Source of the DNA: Candidatus Aquilonibacter sp.
Lineage (GTDB): Bacteria > Vulcanimicrobiota > Vulcanimicrobiia > Vulcanimicrobiales > Vulcanimicrobiaceae
Reading direction: 5' to 3'
Assembly: GCA_035702815.1 (NCBI GenBank)
Contig: DASSZO010000092.1
Location: 7,004-71,003, forward strand
Length of the DNA: 64,000 nt
The position numbers and the translations under genes were made by a program. This document shows positions 18,449 through 27,034 of the stretch, piece by piece (positions within the stretch are counted from its first letter, which is position 1; every line of letters starts with the position of its first letter). The notes under the pieces are model-generated. The model was not told where the DNA came from. It did no database searches and was given only the letters and a program-made list of their open reading frames with translations.

Positions 18449-19217
18449 CCGACATCAAACCGGCAACCTTGACGCCGTCGAACCACTCGGCACGAAGATC
18501 GTCCGCGCCCTCGATGTGGTACGAGCGCGCGCCGTGCGTTTCGGCCAACTCGGCCAGATGTTTGGTGTTCGCGGACGTCTTGCCGCCGACGACGACCATG
18601 ACCTCGACTTCGGCCGCAAGCCGTAACGCTTCACTCTGGCGATTGTTCGTATCGGTGCAGATCGTGTTGACCGCGCGAACTTCGTAGTACTTCTCCGAGA
18701 GTTTCTTGACGATGTCGGTGAAGCGCTCGCGCGAATACGTCGACTGTACGACGACGCCGACTTTGCTGCCGCGCGGAAGTTTTTCGACGTCCTCGACCGT
18801 TTCGATGCACCACGCTCCCGCCACGTGGCTGAGCGTGCCTTTGACCTCGGGGTGCTTGGGATCGCCGACGACGATGATCTTGTATCCGTCCTCGCGCAAG
18901 CGTTTGGCCTGCACGTGAATCTTGGTGACCATCGGGCAGGTCGCGTCGATCACTTCGAGGCCCTTTTCTTCGGCCTTCTCGAACACCTCGACCGGCAATC
19001 CGTGAGCGCGAACGAACAGCGCGCCGCCCTCGACGTCATCGACGGAATGGGCGTTGCGCAGCCCGCGCGACGCGAGCGACTCGACCATCTGCGGATTGTG
19101 TACCACGTGGCCAAGTGTGGTCACGTCGTCGCGCGACGCGATCGCTTCTTCGGCCTTTTTCACCGTGATGGCCACGCCGAAGCAGAATCCCTGAACCTTA
19201 GCCTTGCGAATTTCCAC
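18372..19217 (-). CDS. ispH: 4-hydroxy-3-methylbut-2-enyl diphosphate reductase
   Basis: KAKVQGFCFGVAITVKKAEEA..., ...VHNPQMV..., ...ATCPMVTKIH.... Start trimmed to GTG 19217 (282 aa). The 395-aa track ORF is an Arg-rich upstream read-through overlapping plsC. Confidence 0.9.
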   Translation of the reverse strand: MEIRKAKVQGFCFGVAITVKKAEEAIASRDDVTTLGHVVHNPQMVESLASRGLRNAHSVDDVEGGALFVRAHGLPVEVFEKAEEKGLEVIDATCPMVTKIHVQAKRLREDGYKIIVVGDPKHPEVKGTLSHVAGAWCIETVEDVEKLPRGSKVGVVVQSTYSRERFTDIVKKLSEKYYEVRAVNTICTDTNNRQSEALRLAAEVEVMVVVGGKTSANTKHLAELAETHGARSYHIEGADDLRAEWFDGVKVAGLMSGASTPGWLVDEVHARMEELSRQLVS

Positions 19218-19809
19218 CGATATCCTCGTACAGCGCCTCGATCGCGCGCATAATCTCGTTTGTAAACTTCGCCAAAGCCTCTTTCGTTGCTTTCCCCGCG
19301 GGCGGCGCAATCGGCGAGCCGTATGCGACTTTAATCTCAGTACGAAAAAACCGCGCTCCGCCGCTGCCGGCGACGGCGCAGGGAACGACCGGTACCTGAG
19401 CGGTGATGGCAAGCCACGCGAGCCCTTGACGCGCCTCTTGCTCCTCGTGCGCGTCGCGGCGACGTCCCTCGGGTAACACCCAAACGCACTCGCCGGCTCG
19501 CAAGAACTTGAGCGACTCCATGAGCGGCGCACGCACGCTCCCTTCCCGATTGACCGCAAAGGCCTGCAACTGCGGGAGCAGCCAACTCAAAATCGGCTTC
19601 GAAAACAGCTCTTCCTTGGCCATAAAGCGGATCGTACGCGGCGATGCAAAGCCCGCATAGATCGGCGGATCGAGATTCGACTGATGATTGCCGGCGAAGA
19701 GGTATGCGCCGCGCCGCGGGATGTTCGCTCTTCCATACGCACGCACGCGAAAGAAGACCGCCCCGCCGACGCGGATCCAAAACATCGTAAGCGGGTAGAC
19801 GAAGTTCAC
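19198..19809 (-). CDS. plsC: 1-acyl-sn-glycerol-3-phosphate acyltransferase family protein
   Basis: HX4D motif GNHQSNLDPP and the VLPEGRR block. GTGA overlap with the upstream paralog. Confidence 0.8.
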   Translation of the reverse strand: MNFVYPLTMFWIRVGGAVFFRVRAYGRANIPRRGAYLFAGNHQSNLDPPIYAGFASPRTIRFMAKEELFSKPILSWLLPQLQAFAVNREGSVRAPLMESLKFLRAGECVWVLPEGRRRDAHEEQEARQGLAWLAITAQVPVVPCAVAGSGGARFFRTEIKVAYGSPIAPPAGKATKEALAKFTNEIMRAIEALYEDIGGNSQG

Positions 19810-20429
19810 GAGCCTTCGCGCAACGCTGCGATCGCCGCCATAATCTGCTCGGTAAACGCGGCGAGGTCTTCTCGCGTTGCCTTGCGGTCTTGGGGTAACG
19901 ACATCGGTTTACCGTAGATGACCTTGACCGGCGGCTTGGGACGTTCTTTTAGCCGCTCGCTATTGATGATCGCCGCTGGAACGACGACGGCGCCCGTGAG
20001 CGCGGCCAGCAGCGCCACGCCGGTCTGCGCTTCCTTATCGCCTTCGACGTTTCGGCCGCCCTCGGGAAAGATGCCGACGCACCCTCCGCCTTTGAGGATG
20101 TCGACCGCATGCTTGATCGCAGGACGCGCGCTGCCTTCCCGATCGACGGGAAATGCGCCCATCGTCGCGATCAGCGGGCCGAGCCACTTGATCTCAAAGA
20201 GCTCCTTCTTGGCCATGTAGTTGACCCGGCGCGGAAAATACGCGCCGACGATCGGCGGATCGAGCCACGACACGTGATTGGCTGCAAGAATGACCGGGCC
20301 GGTCCGCGGGACGTTCTCCTTGCCGTACACTTTGAGGCGATAGTCTTTCCACGCGATGAATCGGGTCACGCCGCGCCAGAAGCGATATGAGAGCGCGACC
20401 ACGAGGTGGGGCGGTTTGCTAATTTTCAC
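19806..20429 (-). CDS. plsC: 1-acyl-sn-glycerol-3-phosphate acyltransferase family protein (tandem paralog)
   Basis: ANHVSWLDPP is the HX4D motif, and IFPEGGR follows. GTGA overlap with cmk. Confidence 0.8.
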   Translation of the reverse strand: MKISKPPHLVVALSYRFWRGVTRFIAWKDYRLKVYGKENVPRTGPVILAANHVSWLDPPIVGAYFPRRVNYMAKKELFEIKWLGPLIATMGAFPVDREGSARPAIKHAVDILKGGGCVGIFPEGGRNVEGDKEAQTGVALLAALTGAVVVPAAIINSERLKERPKPPVKVIYGKPMSLPQDRKATREDLAAFTEQIMAAIAALREGS

Positions 20430-21103
20430 GATTGTGCGATCCTTACGATTTCCTCGACGACGGCCTCCGCATCGATCTCGCTCGAATCGATGACGTGCGC
20501 GTCGGGCGCCGGAGCGAGCGGCGAGACCGCGCGTTCCCGGTCCAACCGGTCACGCTCCTCGATCTCCTGTGCGAGTTGATGAATGCTCACGTCGACGCCC
20601 GCCTCGAGAAGCTGGGCGCGACGGCGCGCCACCCGCGCTTGAACCGATGCCGTCAAAAAGATCTTGACTTGCGCAAACGGCAGAACAACCGTGCCGATAT
20701 CTCTGCCGGCCATGACGACGGCGCCGCGCGCCGCAATCTCGCGTTGGCTGCGAACCATCGCCTCGCGGACGCGAGGGTGCGCGGCAATGGTGGAGACGAT
20801 GATGCTCACTTCGTTGGACTGCAATGCGTGGAGGTCGACGGCGCTCTCGTTGACCGTGATGCGAAAGCCGGTGACGGCGTCGAACTCGATGCGAACGTGC
20901 GACGACTCCCACAGGCGCACGAGCGCCGCCTCGTTGTCGGCTTCCGTTCGCGTGGTGAGCGCCAGCGACGCCAGCGTGCGATACATCGCGCCCGTATCGA
21001 GATACAGGATGCGCATGCGCTCGGCGAGACGCTGCGCGACCGTCGTCTTTCCCGACGCGGCCGGGCCGTCGATGGCGATTTGCAGATGAGGCGGAACGCT
21101 CAT
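20426..21103 (-). CDS. cmk: Cytidylate kinase
   Basis: IAIDGPAASGKTTVAQRLAERMRILYLDTGAMYR. Confidence 0.95.
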   Translation of the reverse strand: MSVPPHLQIAIDGPAASGKTTVAQRLAERMRILYLDTGAMYRTLASLALTTRTEADNEAALVRLWESSHVRIEFDAVTGFRITVNESAVDLHALQSNEVSIIVSTIAAHPRVREAMVRSQREIAARGAVVMAGRDIGTVVLPFAQVKIFLTASVQARVARRRAQLLEAGVDVSIHQLAQEIEERDRLDRERAVSPLAPAPDAHVIDSSEIDAEAVVEEIVRIAQS

Positions 21104-22221
21104 GGTCGAGCGGCCGATTCGCCGCCGGAGAGGTGTCTACCCCGCCATGCGAGGCGCCCGCGCAGTCCTTGGACGAGTGCATTGACGCCGAGCACCACGC
21201 CGAGCGCCGTTCCCGCGGGAGCAAGCAGTACGCCCGCGACCGGCTCGCGCATCGACCACCCGCTGATCGCGCGCGAGAGATACAGCGTCGGAGGAGAGAG
21301 CAGCAGCGACATCTGCCAGAGCGCAAACGCGACGCATCCAGCCGGACCGGCGCCATAAAAGAGCGAGCGTCCCAAGCCGCGGAGATTTGCGCGCAGCGTC
21401 GCATAGCCTCGTACCGAACCGATCGCAGCACCACTTGCCAGTGCGACGCGAAAACCGCTGCGTTTGAGCCCACGCGCGAGCGCGACATCTTCGACGATTT
21501 CGCGAATTGCCGCGTGTCCGCCGCACTGCTCGTAGGCATCGGCCCGGACGACAAAGCACTGTCCGTTGCCCGCGCTAAAGCGAGGGTCGGTGCCGCGCGC
21601 CGCTCGCATCGGCAACGCTTGCAGCAAAAAGAGCGTGACGAGCGGTGCGAGCAGCTTTGACGACAGTGACGGCGCATCGACGAAAAGCCACGCCGTGGCC
21701 GCGGCCGCGTCGCGGGTTTTCGCATACCGGACGAGCGCGCCGGCGGCACCGCAGCGCAAGCGGACGTCGGCGTCCACGAACGCAATCCAGCGCGTGCGCG
21801 GCGCATACGCGGCAACCGCAGCCGCAAGCGCCGCCGACTTCCCTCCGTTCACCCGCACGTACGCGATACGCGGATCGTGCGCTGCCGCTGCTGCAACCAG
21901 CGACGCGGTCGCATCGGTCGAAGCATCGTCGGCAACGACGACTCGCGCAACGCTCGAATCGCAAAGAAGCGTCGCAAGAAACGCTTGCGCATTTTCCGCT
22001 TCGTCGCGCATCGCGACGTACACGTCGACCGGCTCGGGATCGCGCACGGGCAATACGCGGCGAAATTCGGAAAGGTTCGATAGCTGCACCGCTAAACCGG
22101 CCAGCGCGACGACGTTAGCGCCGAGAAAGAGCCAAACGATCGTCGACACCGGCGTGTCCTGCAAACGCAAGCGCAAACGACGCGCGTCCGTCGCGCGCGA
22201 GATCGTCATCCATCGATTCAA
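21100..22221 (-). CDS. Family-2 glycosyltransferase, membrane-associated (carotenoid glycosyltransferase candidate, CrtQ/CruC-like)
   Basis: VVVADDASTDAT is the GT2 DxD region, with N- and C-terminal TM segments, in a carotenoid gene context. An alternative GTG start at 22149 would cut the overlap with the upstream gene from 107 nt to 35 nt. Confidence 0.75.
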   Translation of the reverse strand: MNRWMTISRATDARRLRLRLQDTPVSTIVWLFLGANVVALAGLAVQLSNLSEFRRVLPVRDPEPVDVYVAMRDEAENAQAFLATLLCDSSVARVVVADDASTDATASLVAAAAAHDPRIAYVRVNGGKSAALAAAVAAYAPRTRWIAFVDADVRLRCGAAGALVRYAKTRDAAAATAWLFVDAPSLSSKLLAPLVTLFLLQALPMRAARGTDPRFSAGNGQCFVVRADAYEQCGGHAAIREIVEDVALARGLKRSGFRVALASGAAIGSVRGYATLRANLRGLGRSLFYGAGPAGCVAFALWQMSLLLSPPTLYLSRAISGWSMREPVAGVLLAPAGTALGVVLGVNALVQGLRGRLAWRGRHLSGGESAARP

Positions 22222-22813
22222 GCATCGCCGTCACAGCCTGCTGCGCGCACTCGCGCGCGTCGCGCGCGTGCGCGTCGATCGGCTGACCGCGTTCGACGAA
22301 GACCTCAGGACGTTGCCGATCGAGAAACAGCAGCCGCATCGCGACCGGAACGATCGGAACGCCCGCCAGGCGCGCCGCATGTACGAATCCGCTCGTGAAC
22401 GCCGGCGTCGCCGAGGGCGGCCGCAGCGTTCCGTCGGGAAAGATCCAGACCGCAGCACCCTGCTGCGCTTGCGCGGCGGCGTACGAAATCGACGCATACG
22501 CGCGACGCGTCGTCGACGGATCGACCGAGAACGCGCCGCCGAATCGAAAGTAGGGAAAGCGCTGTAGTTCGGCGTCGCTCATCATGATGCGAAACGGCTG
22601 CTCGGATGCAGAACCCTGGCGGTGCAGCAGGTACGGTATGAACCCGTCCCACCACGAATGGTGGTTGGCGACGGCGACGTAGCCGCGCTCGCGCGGAAGG
22701 TCCGCGCCGCGAACCCAGAGGGCGGCAAACGAACGGCGCATGAGACGGCGCAGATACATCGTGAAGCACCAGTCAAATCCGCGTAACGGCCGCGCGGGAC
22801 TCCACGTGCTCAC
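22115..22813 (-). CDS. PlsC-family acyltransferase (carotenoid-glycoside acyltransferase candidate, CruD-like)
   Basis: VANHHSWWDGF is the HX4D motif, and IFPDGTLR follows. GTGA overlap with the upstream CrtI-family gene. Confidence 0.7.
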   Translation of the reverse strand: MSTWSPARPLRGFDWCFTMYLRRLMRRSFAALWVRGADLPRERGYVAVANHHSWWDGFIPYLLHRQGSASEQPFRIMMSDAELQRFPYFRFGGAFSVDPSTTRRAYASISYAAAQAQQGAAVWIFPDGTLRPPSATPAFTSGFVHAARLAGVPIVPVAMRLLFLDRQRPEVFVERGQPIDAHARDARECAQQAVTAMLESMDDDLARDGRASFALAFAGHAGVDDRLALSRR

Positions 22814-24237
22814 GCGAGCAATCGTTCTGCCGCAAGACGGCCGCTGATCATCACCATCGGCACGCCGGATCCCGGCCGGGTTCCGCTGCCTGCAAAGACG
22901 ACGTTGGGATAGCGCGGATGCGCGATCGACGGGCGGAACGGTCCCATCTGATCGAGCGTGTGATCCGGCCCGAACGCCGCGCCATGCATGAGCCCTAACT
23001 CCGACGCAAATTCGCGCGGTCCCCGCCGGCGTTCGAGCACGATGTGCGGACGAATCGGCCCTGCGATCGCTTCAAGGCGGTCGAGCGCGCGCTCACGCAG
23101 CGTGCTCTCGTCCAGATTCGGCTGCGCGTGAAGGTTTGGAACGGGCATGAGCACGAGCAACGCGCTGCCGCCCGCCGGCGCAACCGCGGCGTCGGTAACC
23201 GCCGGATTATGCACGTAGAGCATCGGTTCATCGGGCGGATCGCCTACATCGAGACGCTCGTACGCGCGCCAGGGATCGTGCGGCAAGAGCACCGTGTGAT
23301 GATCGAGGTCGACCGTTCGATCGAGGCCGAAATACCACACGCACGCGGAGTGCCCGTAGCGAACGCGACGTTGCCGGGGCACGGGCTCGTCAAACAGACT
23401 CAGCGCCGCTTCGCGATCGGACGCGACGACGAGCGCATCGGCGGATTTCGCAGTAGAACCGCTGCAAATCCGAATCGAGCCGTCGACGGATCGCACGATG
23501 CGCTCGACGGGCCAACGCATCTCGATCTCGACGCCGTTTCGCACCGCCTCGTCGACCAGCGACGCGACGATCCGGCTCATCCCGCCACGCGCGTACCACA
23601 CGCCGCCGATCATCTCTTCCACCGGAAGCAACGCATACGCGGCAGGCGCGATCCGCGGCGACGTTCCGAGATAGAGCGGCGCAAACGTCAGCGCTTCGAT
23701 GACCCGAGGGTGCGTGAAGAACCGCGACGTAAAGCGTCGTAAGTTTCCGCCCATCCATGGACGCATCTTCCCAGGCGCGAGCATCGTACGCAGCAGCGAT
23801 GCAAGCGAGTGATCGCGTTCCAGAATACGTGCGCGCGATTCGACGTGCGCTTCCCATACCGTTGACAGATACCCAAGCGCGGCAGCGGCGCGCCCAGGTT
23901 CAAAGCGCGCGAATTCTGCAAGCGCGAGCGCGATATCGGAATGATTGGCGAAGGTTTGTCCGTCCGGCCAACGGACCCGATATCCCGGCTCCAAACGTTG
24001 CAGTTCCAGTGACGAAAACGCGTCGTCACCGAGCGTGCGGCGAAGAACGTCCGTCATGACGAGCAGCGTCGGCCCAAGATCGAAGCGAAAGCCGTTGCTC
24101 TGCCAGCCCTGCGCGCGACCACCGCACTGTTCGGACGCCTCGACGACCGTGACCGCAACGCCGGCGCGCGCGAGATGAATCGCCGCCGATAAGCCGGCAA
24201 TACCGGCGCCGGCGACAAGGGCGGAGCGGGGCTTCAT
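22810..24237 (-). CDS. CrtI-family FAD-dependent carotenoid desaturase/oxidase (CrtP/CrtN-like)
   Basis: ALVAGAGIAGLSAAIHLARAGVAVTVVEASEQCGGRA is the dinucleotide fold, and VFAGSGTRPGSGVPMVMISG is the CrtI C-terminal signature. Start trimmed to ATG 24237 (475 aa). Confidence 0.8.
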   Translation of the reverse strand: MKPRSALVAGAGIAGLSAAIHLARAGVAVTVVEASEQCGGRAQGWQSNGFRFDLGPTLLVMTDVLRRTLGDDAFSSLELQRLEPGYRVRWPDGQTFANHSDIALALAEFARFEPGRAAAALGYLSTVWEAHVESRARILERDHSLASLLRTMLAPGKMRPWMGGNLRRFTSRFFTHPRVIEALTFAPLYLGTSPRIAPAAYALLPVEEMIGGVWYARGGMSRIVASLVDEAVRNGVEIEMRWPVERIVRSVDGSIRICSGSTAKSADALVVASDREAALSLFDEPVPRQRRVRYGHSACVWYFGLDRTVDLDHHTVLLPHDPWRAYERLDVGDPPDEPMLYVHNPAVTDAAVAPAGGSALLVLMPVPNLHAQPNLDESTLRERALDRLEAIAGPIRPHIVLERRRGPREFASELGLMHGAAFGPDHTLDQMGPFRPSIAHPRYPNVVFAGSGTRPGSGVPMVMISGRLAAERLLA

Positions 24238-24255
24238 CGCAGGGAACCTCGCGAT

Positions 24256-24702
24256 ATGCTCGCGCTCAAGACGCTGCACATCGCAGCCGCCGTATTGTGG
24301 CTCGGAAATTTCGTCGTCACCGGGGTGTGGAGCATTCGCGCCTTTCTTAGCGGAGAACGTTCGCTCGAACGGTTTGCAACGCGCGAGATCCTGTTCACGG
24401 ATGCAATCTTCACCCTTGGCTTCGGCTCGGCGGTCGTCGCATCCGGATTGATCCTCGCATCGATGGAGGGCGTCGCTGCGCTTGCCACCCGATGGACGGC
24501 AACCGCGCTCGCCGTCGCCGTCGCCAGCGGTATCGTTTGGCTCGTGCTGCTGCTGCCGCTCGAACTGCGCATGCACCGTCTGAGCGCGACCAACCAGGCC
24601 GGCACGTTGCGGCGACTCTTCCTCATTTGGAATCTCGCCGGCTGGGCGGTGACGCTCGCGCTCTTCGCCGTCATCTACTTGATGGTCGCAAAGCCGACGT
24701 AA
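24256..24702 (+). CDS. Small 4-TM membrane protein (DUF2269-like by look)
   Basis: Four clear hydrophobic helices: AAAVLWLGNFVVTGVW, AIFTLGFGSAVVASGLIL, ALAVAVASGIVWLVLLLPL, AGWAVTLALFAVIYLMV. It is the only plus-strand gene inside the carotenoid cluster. Its 3' end overlaps the synthase gene by 28 nt. Confidence 0.55.
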   Translation: MLALKTLHIAAAVLWLGNFVVTGVWSIRAFLSGERSLERFATREILFTDAIFTLGFGSAVVASGLILASMEGVAALATRWTATALAVAVASGIVWLVLLLPLELRMHRLSATNQAGTLRRLFLIWNLAGWAVTLALFAVIYLMVAKPT

Positions 24703-25508
24703 CTCTGCACCAGACACGCAAGCGCGCGCCGCAGCTTCTCGGTTTGCGGCACGTACGCGCGCCCGAGCGTCGGATCGAATGCGCGCCGTTCCAAGCGATC
24801 GAGGATCGCTTGATAGATATCCGCCGTCATCAGCAGTGCAGCGCGCGAGCCGTCGTTGGGAACCCGTCCGGCGAGAACGGGCGCTTCGAGGTAATAGGCG
24901 CGCGCGTGTAACGCGACCTGACGCATCACGCTCGAGACCGGCTCGCCCGGGAAATCCTCGAACGGCAGATAGCTGCGTCCCCGCAGCCGGTCCTCTTCGA
25001 CGTCGCGCAGGACGTTGGTGTACTGCATTGCAACGCCGAGCCGCTCGCCGCGAACGAGCGAATCTTCGTCGGCGGCGCCGAGAATCGCCATCGATGCGCG
25101 TCCCACCGTTCCCGCGACGCACGCCGAATATGCGTACAGATCGTCCATCGTGTGCAACGCCGCCGGCACGACGTCGCCTCGGCACGCTTCAATGAGGCGC
25201 AGCACGTCGCGCCGGTCGATCGGAAAGCGCGCAAAGGCGTCGGCAACCGCAGCGAACCACGGCGCGTCGCCGGTGGCGCCGTCCGCCGCGCGTTCGACCT
25301 GCTCCATCGTTTCGTCCAGCGCGGCAAGACGTTGATCGTCGGGCGGCCCCGGCTCGTCTGCAAGGTCGTCCGCCGTGCGGAAGAGGCCGTAAAGCGCCTC
25401 GACCGCGTGTCGCTTGGCTCGCGGTAAAATGCGCGTCGACAGGTAGAAGCTTTTCGCGTGCTCCCGCATGACGTTTGCGCACCAGCGCCGGCTGTGCTCG
25501 AGCGTCAC
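24675..25508 (-). CDS. Phytoene / 4,4'-diapophytoene (squalene-type) synthase
   Basis: HAKSFYLSTRILP...ALYGLFRTADDLADE is the first DxxxD box, and NVLRDVEEDRLRGRSYLP is the second. Start trimmed to GTG 25508, a GTGA overlap with the upstream desaturase. Confidence 0.85.
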   Translation of the reverse strand: MTLEHSRRWCANVMREHAKSFYLSTRILPRAKRHAVEALYGLFRTADDLADEPGPPDDQRLAALDETMEQVERAADGATGDAPWFAAVADAFARFPIDRRDVLRLIEACRGDVVPAALHTMDDLYAYSACVAGTVGRASMAILGAADEDSLVRGERLGVAMQYTNVLRDVEEDRLRGRSYLPFEDFPGEPVSSVMRQVALHARAYYLEAPVLAGRVPNDGSRAALLMTADIYQAILDRLERRAFDPTLGRAYVPQTEKLRRALACLVQSYVGFATIK

Positions 25509-26971
25509 GCCGGGATCTCCTCGAAGATGCGGTCGGCGGTCTGCATTGCGCTTAGCGTCACGAGCGGCAGCCCGGTCGCGGGTCGCGTGGACGCGCCGGT
25601 GAAGAACAGATTCTTCAACCGTTTGTGACGGTTGTCCGGACGTAGCGGGCCGATCTGCAGAACGTCGTGGGAAAGACCGAACGCGGCGCCGTCGTTGAGG
25701 TTGAGCTCGTGGCGGAAATCGAGCGGCGTGCGCGTGCGCATGAAGCGAATGCGCGAGCGCAGGCCGGGAAGACGGCGGCGCTCGATCGTTTCGAGGATCC
25801 GCTGCGCGAGCGCCGGCGTCTGCGATCGCCAGTCGGTGCTGCCGCGCAAATTCGGCGACGGGACGAGCACGTACAGCGCTTCGCCCCCGGGCGGCGCCAT
25901 CGACGGATCGGTCGTCGCCGGCGCGCAGAGATAGATTGCCGGATCGCGCGGCACCGCACCGCGGGCGAAGATGTCGTCGCACGTGTCGCGCAGCGACGAC
26001 GGCATCAGAAACTCGTGATGGAGCAGATCGCCGTATCCGCGATCCAGGCCCAGGTAGATCAGCAATGCGGACGGGGTCTGCGCCATGCGCAGCGATCGAT
26101 GCCGCGTCTCACCCAAGAGCGTTTCGTAGACATACGGCAAGTCGGCGCTGCACGCGACCAGATCGCAAGCATACCGTCCCGATGCCGTGCGCACGGCCGT
26201 GACTCGGCGCGCGTCGCGTTCGAACGCGGTCGCCGCTTCGCCGTAGTGGATCGCGACGCCTAAGTCGATCGCGCTGCGCTCGAGCGCGCGAGCAAGCGAT
26301 CCGATGCCGCCGATCGGAAAGTGAATCCCCTCGCCGAGTTCGGTAAAGAGCAGCAGCCGGTAGAGCAGCGGACTGTCGTACGGCGACATGCCGAGATACA
26401 TCGACTGAAACGAAAACGCATTCGCGACCCGTTCCGAGCCGAAGGCCGCTTTCGCCGCGGCGCCCAGGCGCGAAAACGCACCGGCGGCAAAGAGCCCCGC
26501 GATCTTACGCGGGGTGAGGAAATGCGCGAACGAGCGGATCCGTTCGCCGACGAACTCTTTTCGTGAGAGCTCGTACGCACGCGCGGCCGAAGCAAGATAC
26601 GCGAGTAAGTTCTTGCTGGAACCCGGCGCGAGCGTTTCGAGCGACGCGATCGTCTCACTCAAGACCGGCGATACCGTCAAGGCTGCACCGTCGGGCCAAT
26701 GCAAGCGGTAATTCGGACGCAGCCGCACGGTTGGAACGAGCCGGTCGAAATCCGCGCCCCAGCGCGCGAACGCCTCGCGGTAGACGTCGAGCATGAATAG
26801 CAGCGTCGGCCCGAGATCGAAGGTGAAGCCGTCCCAGATCGCTTGTGCTGCCCGGCCGCCCGGGCGGTCGCTCTGCTCGAGCACCGTCACCGCATATCCA
26901 CGGTGCGCAAGGAGTGAAGCCAGCGTCAGACCCGAAATTCCCGCCCCGATAACCGTCGCTCGCCGTTGCAT
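25505..26971 (-). CDS. CrtI/CrtN-family phytoene (or diapophytoene) desaturase
   Basis: ATVIGAGISGLTLASLLAHRGYAVTVLEQSDRPGGRA and the C-terminal FFTGASTRPATGLPLV. Start placed at ATG 26971. Confidence 0.85.
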   Translation of the reverse strand: MQRRATVIGAGISGLTLASLLAHRGYAVTVLEQSDRPGGRAAQAIWDGFTFDLGPTLLFMLDVYREAFARWGADFDRLVPTVRLRPNYRLHWPDGAALTVSPVLSETIASLETLAPGSSKNLLAYLASAARAYELSRKEFVGERIRSFAHFLTPRKIAGLFAAGAFSRLGAAAKAAFGSERVANAFSFQSMYLGMSPYDSPLLYRLLLFTELGEGIHFPIGGIGSLARALERSAIDLGVAIHYGEAATAFERDARRVTAVRTASGRYACDLVACSADLPYVYETLLGETRHRSLRMAQTPSALLIYLGLDRGYGDLLHHEFLMPSSLRDTCDDIFARGAVPRDPAIYLCAPATTDPSMAPPGGEALYVLVPSPNLRGSTDWRSQTPALAQRILETIERRRLPGLRSRIRFMRTRTPLDFRHELNLNDGAAFGLSHDVLQIGPLRPDNRHKRLKNLFFTGASTRPATGLPLVTLSAMQTADRIFEEIPA

Positions 26972-27034
26972 TTCAAAGCACCGAACACGCGCCGCGTGCA
27001 AAGGGTTGTGCGCTGGTCCGCCTAAGCCCGGAGC

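Noticed and set aside
20550-22567. ORFs 20550-21827 (-, 425 aa, out of frame with cmk and GT2) and 21566-22567 (+, 333 aa)
   Set aside because: They overlap well-supported cmk, GT2 and acyltransferase genes. Their products are extremely Arg/Ser/Ala-rich.
24238-25185. The 791-aa version of the CrtI-family ORF (22810-25185), and similar long N-terminal extensions of ispH (to 19559), the synthase (to 25982), thiL (to 11671), the hutF-like gene (to 55449) and hutU (to 58315)
   Set aside because: The extensions are Arg-rich and overlap upstream genes. The conserved family N-termini begin at internal ATG or GTG codons that sit exactly at ATGA/GTGA junctions with the upstream stop.
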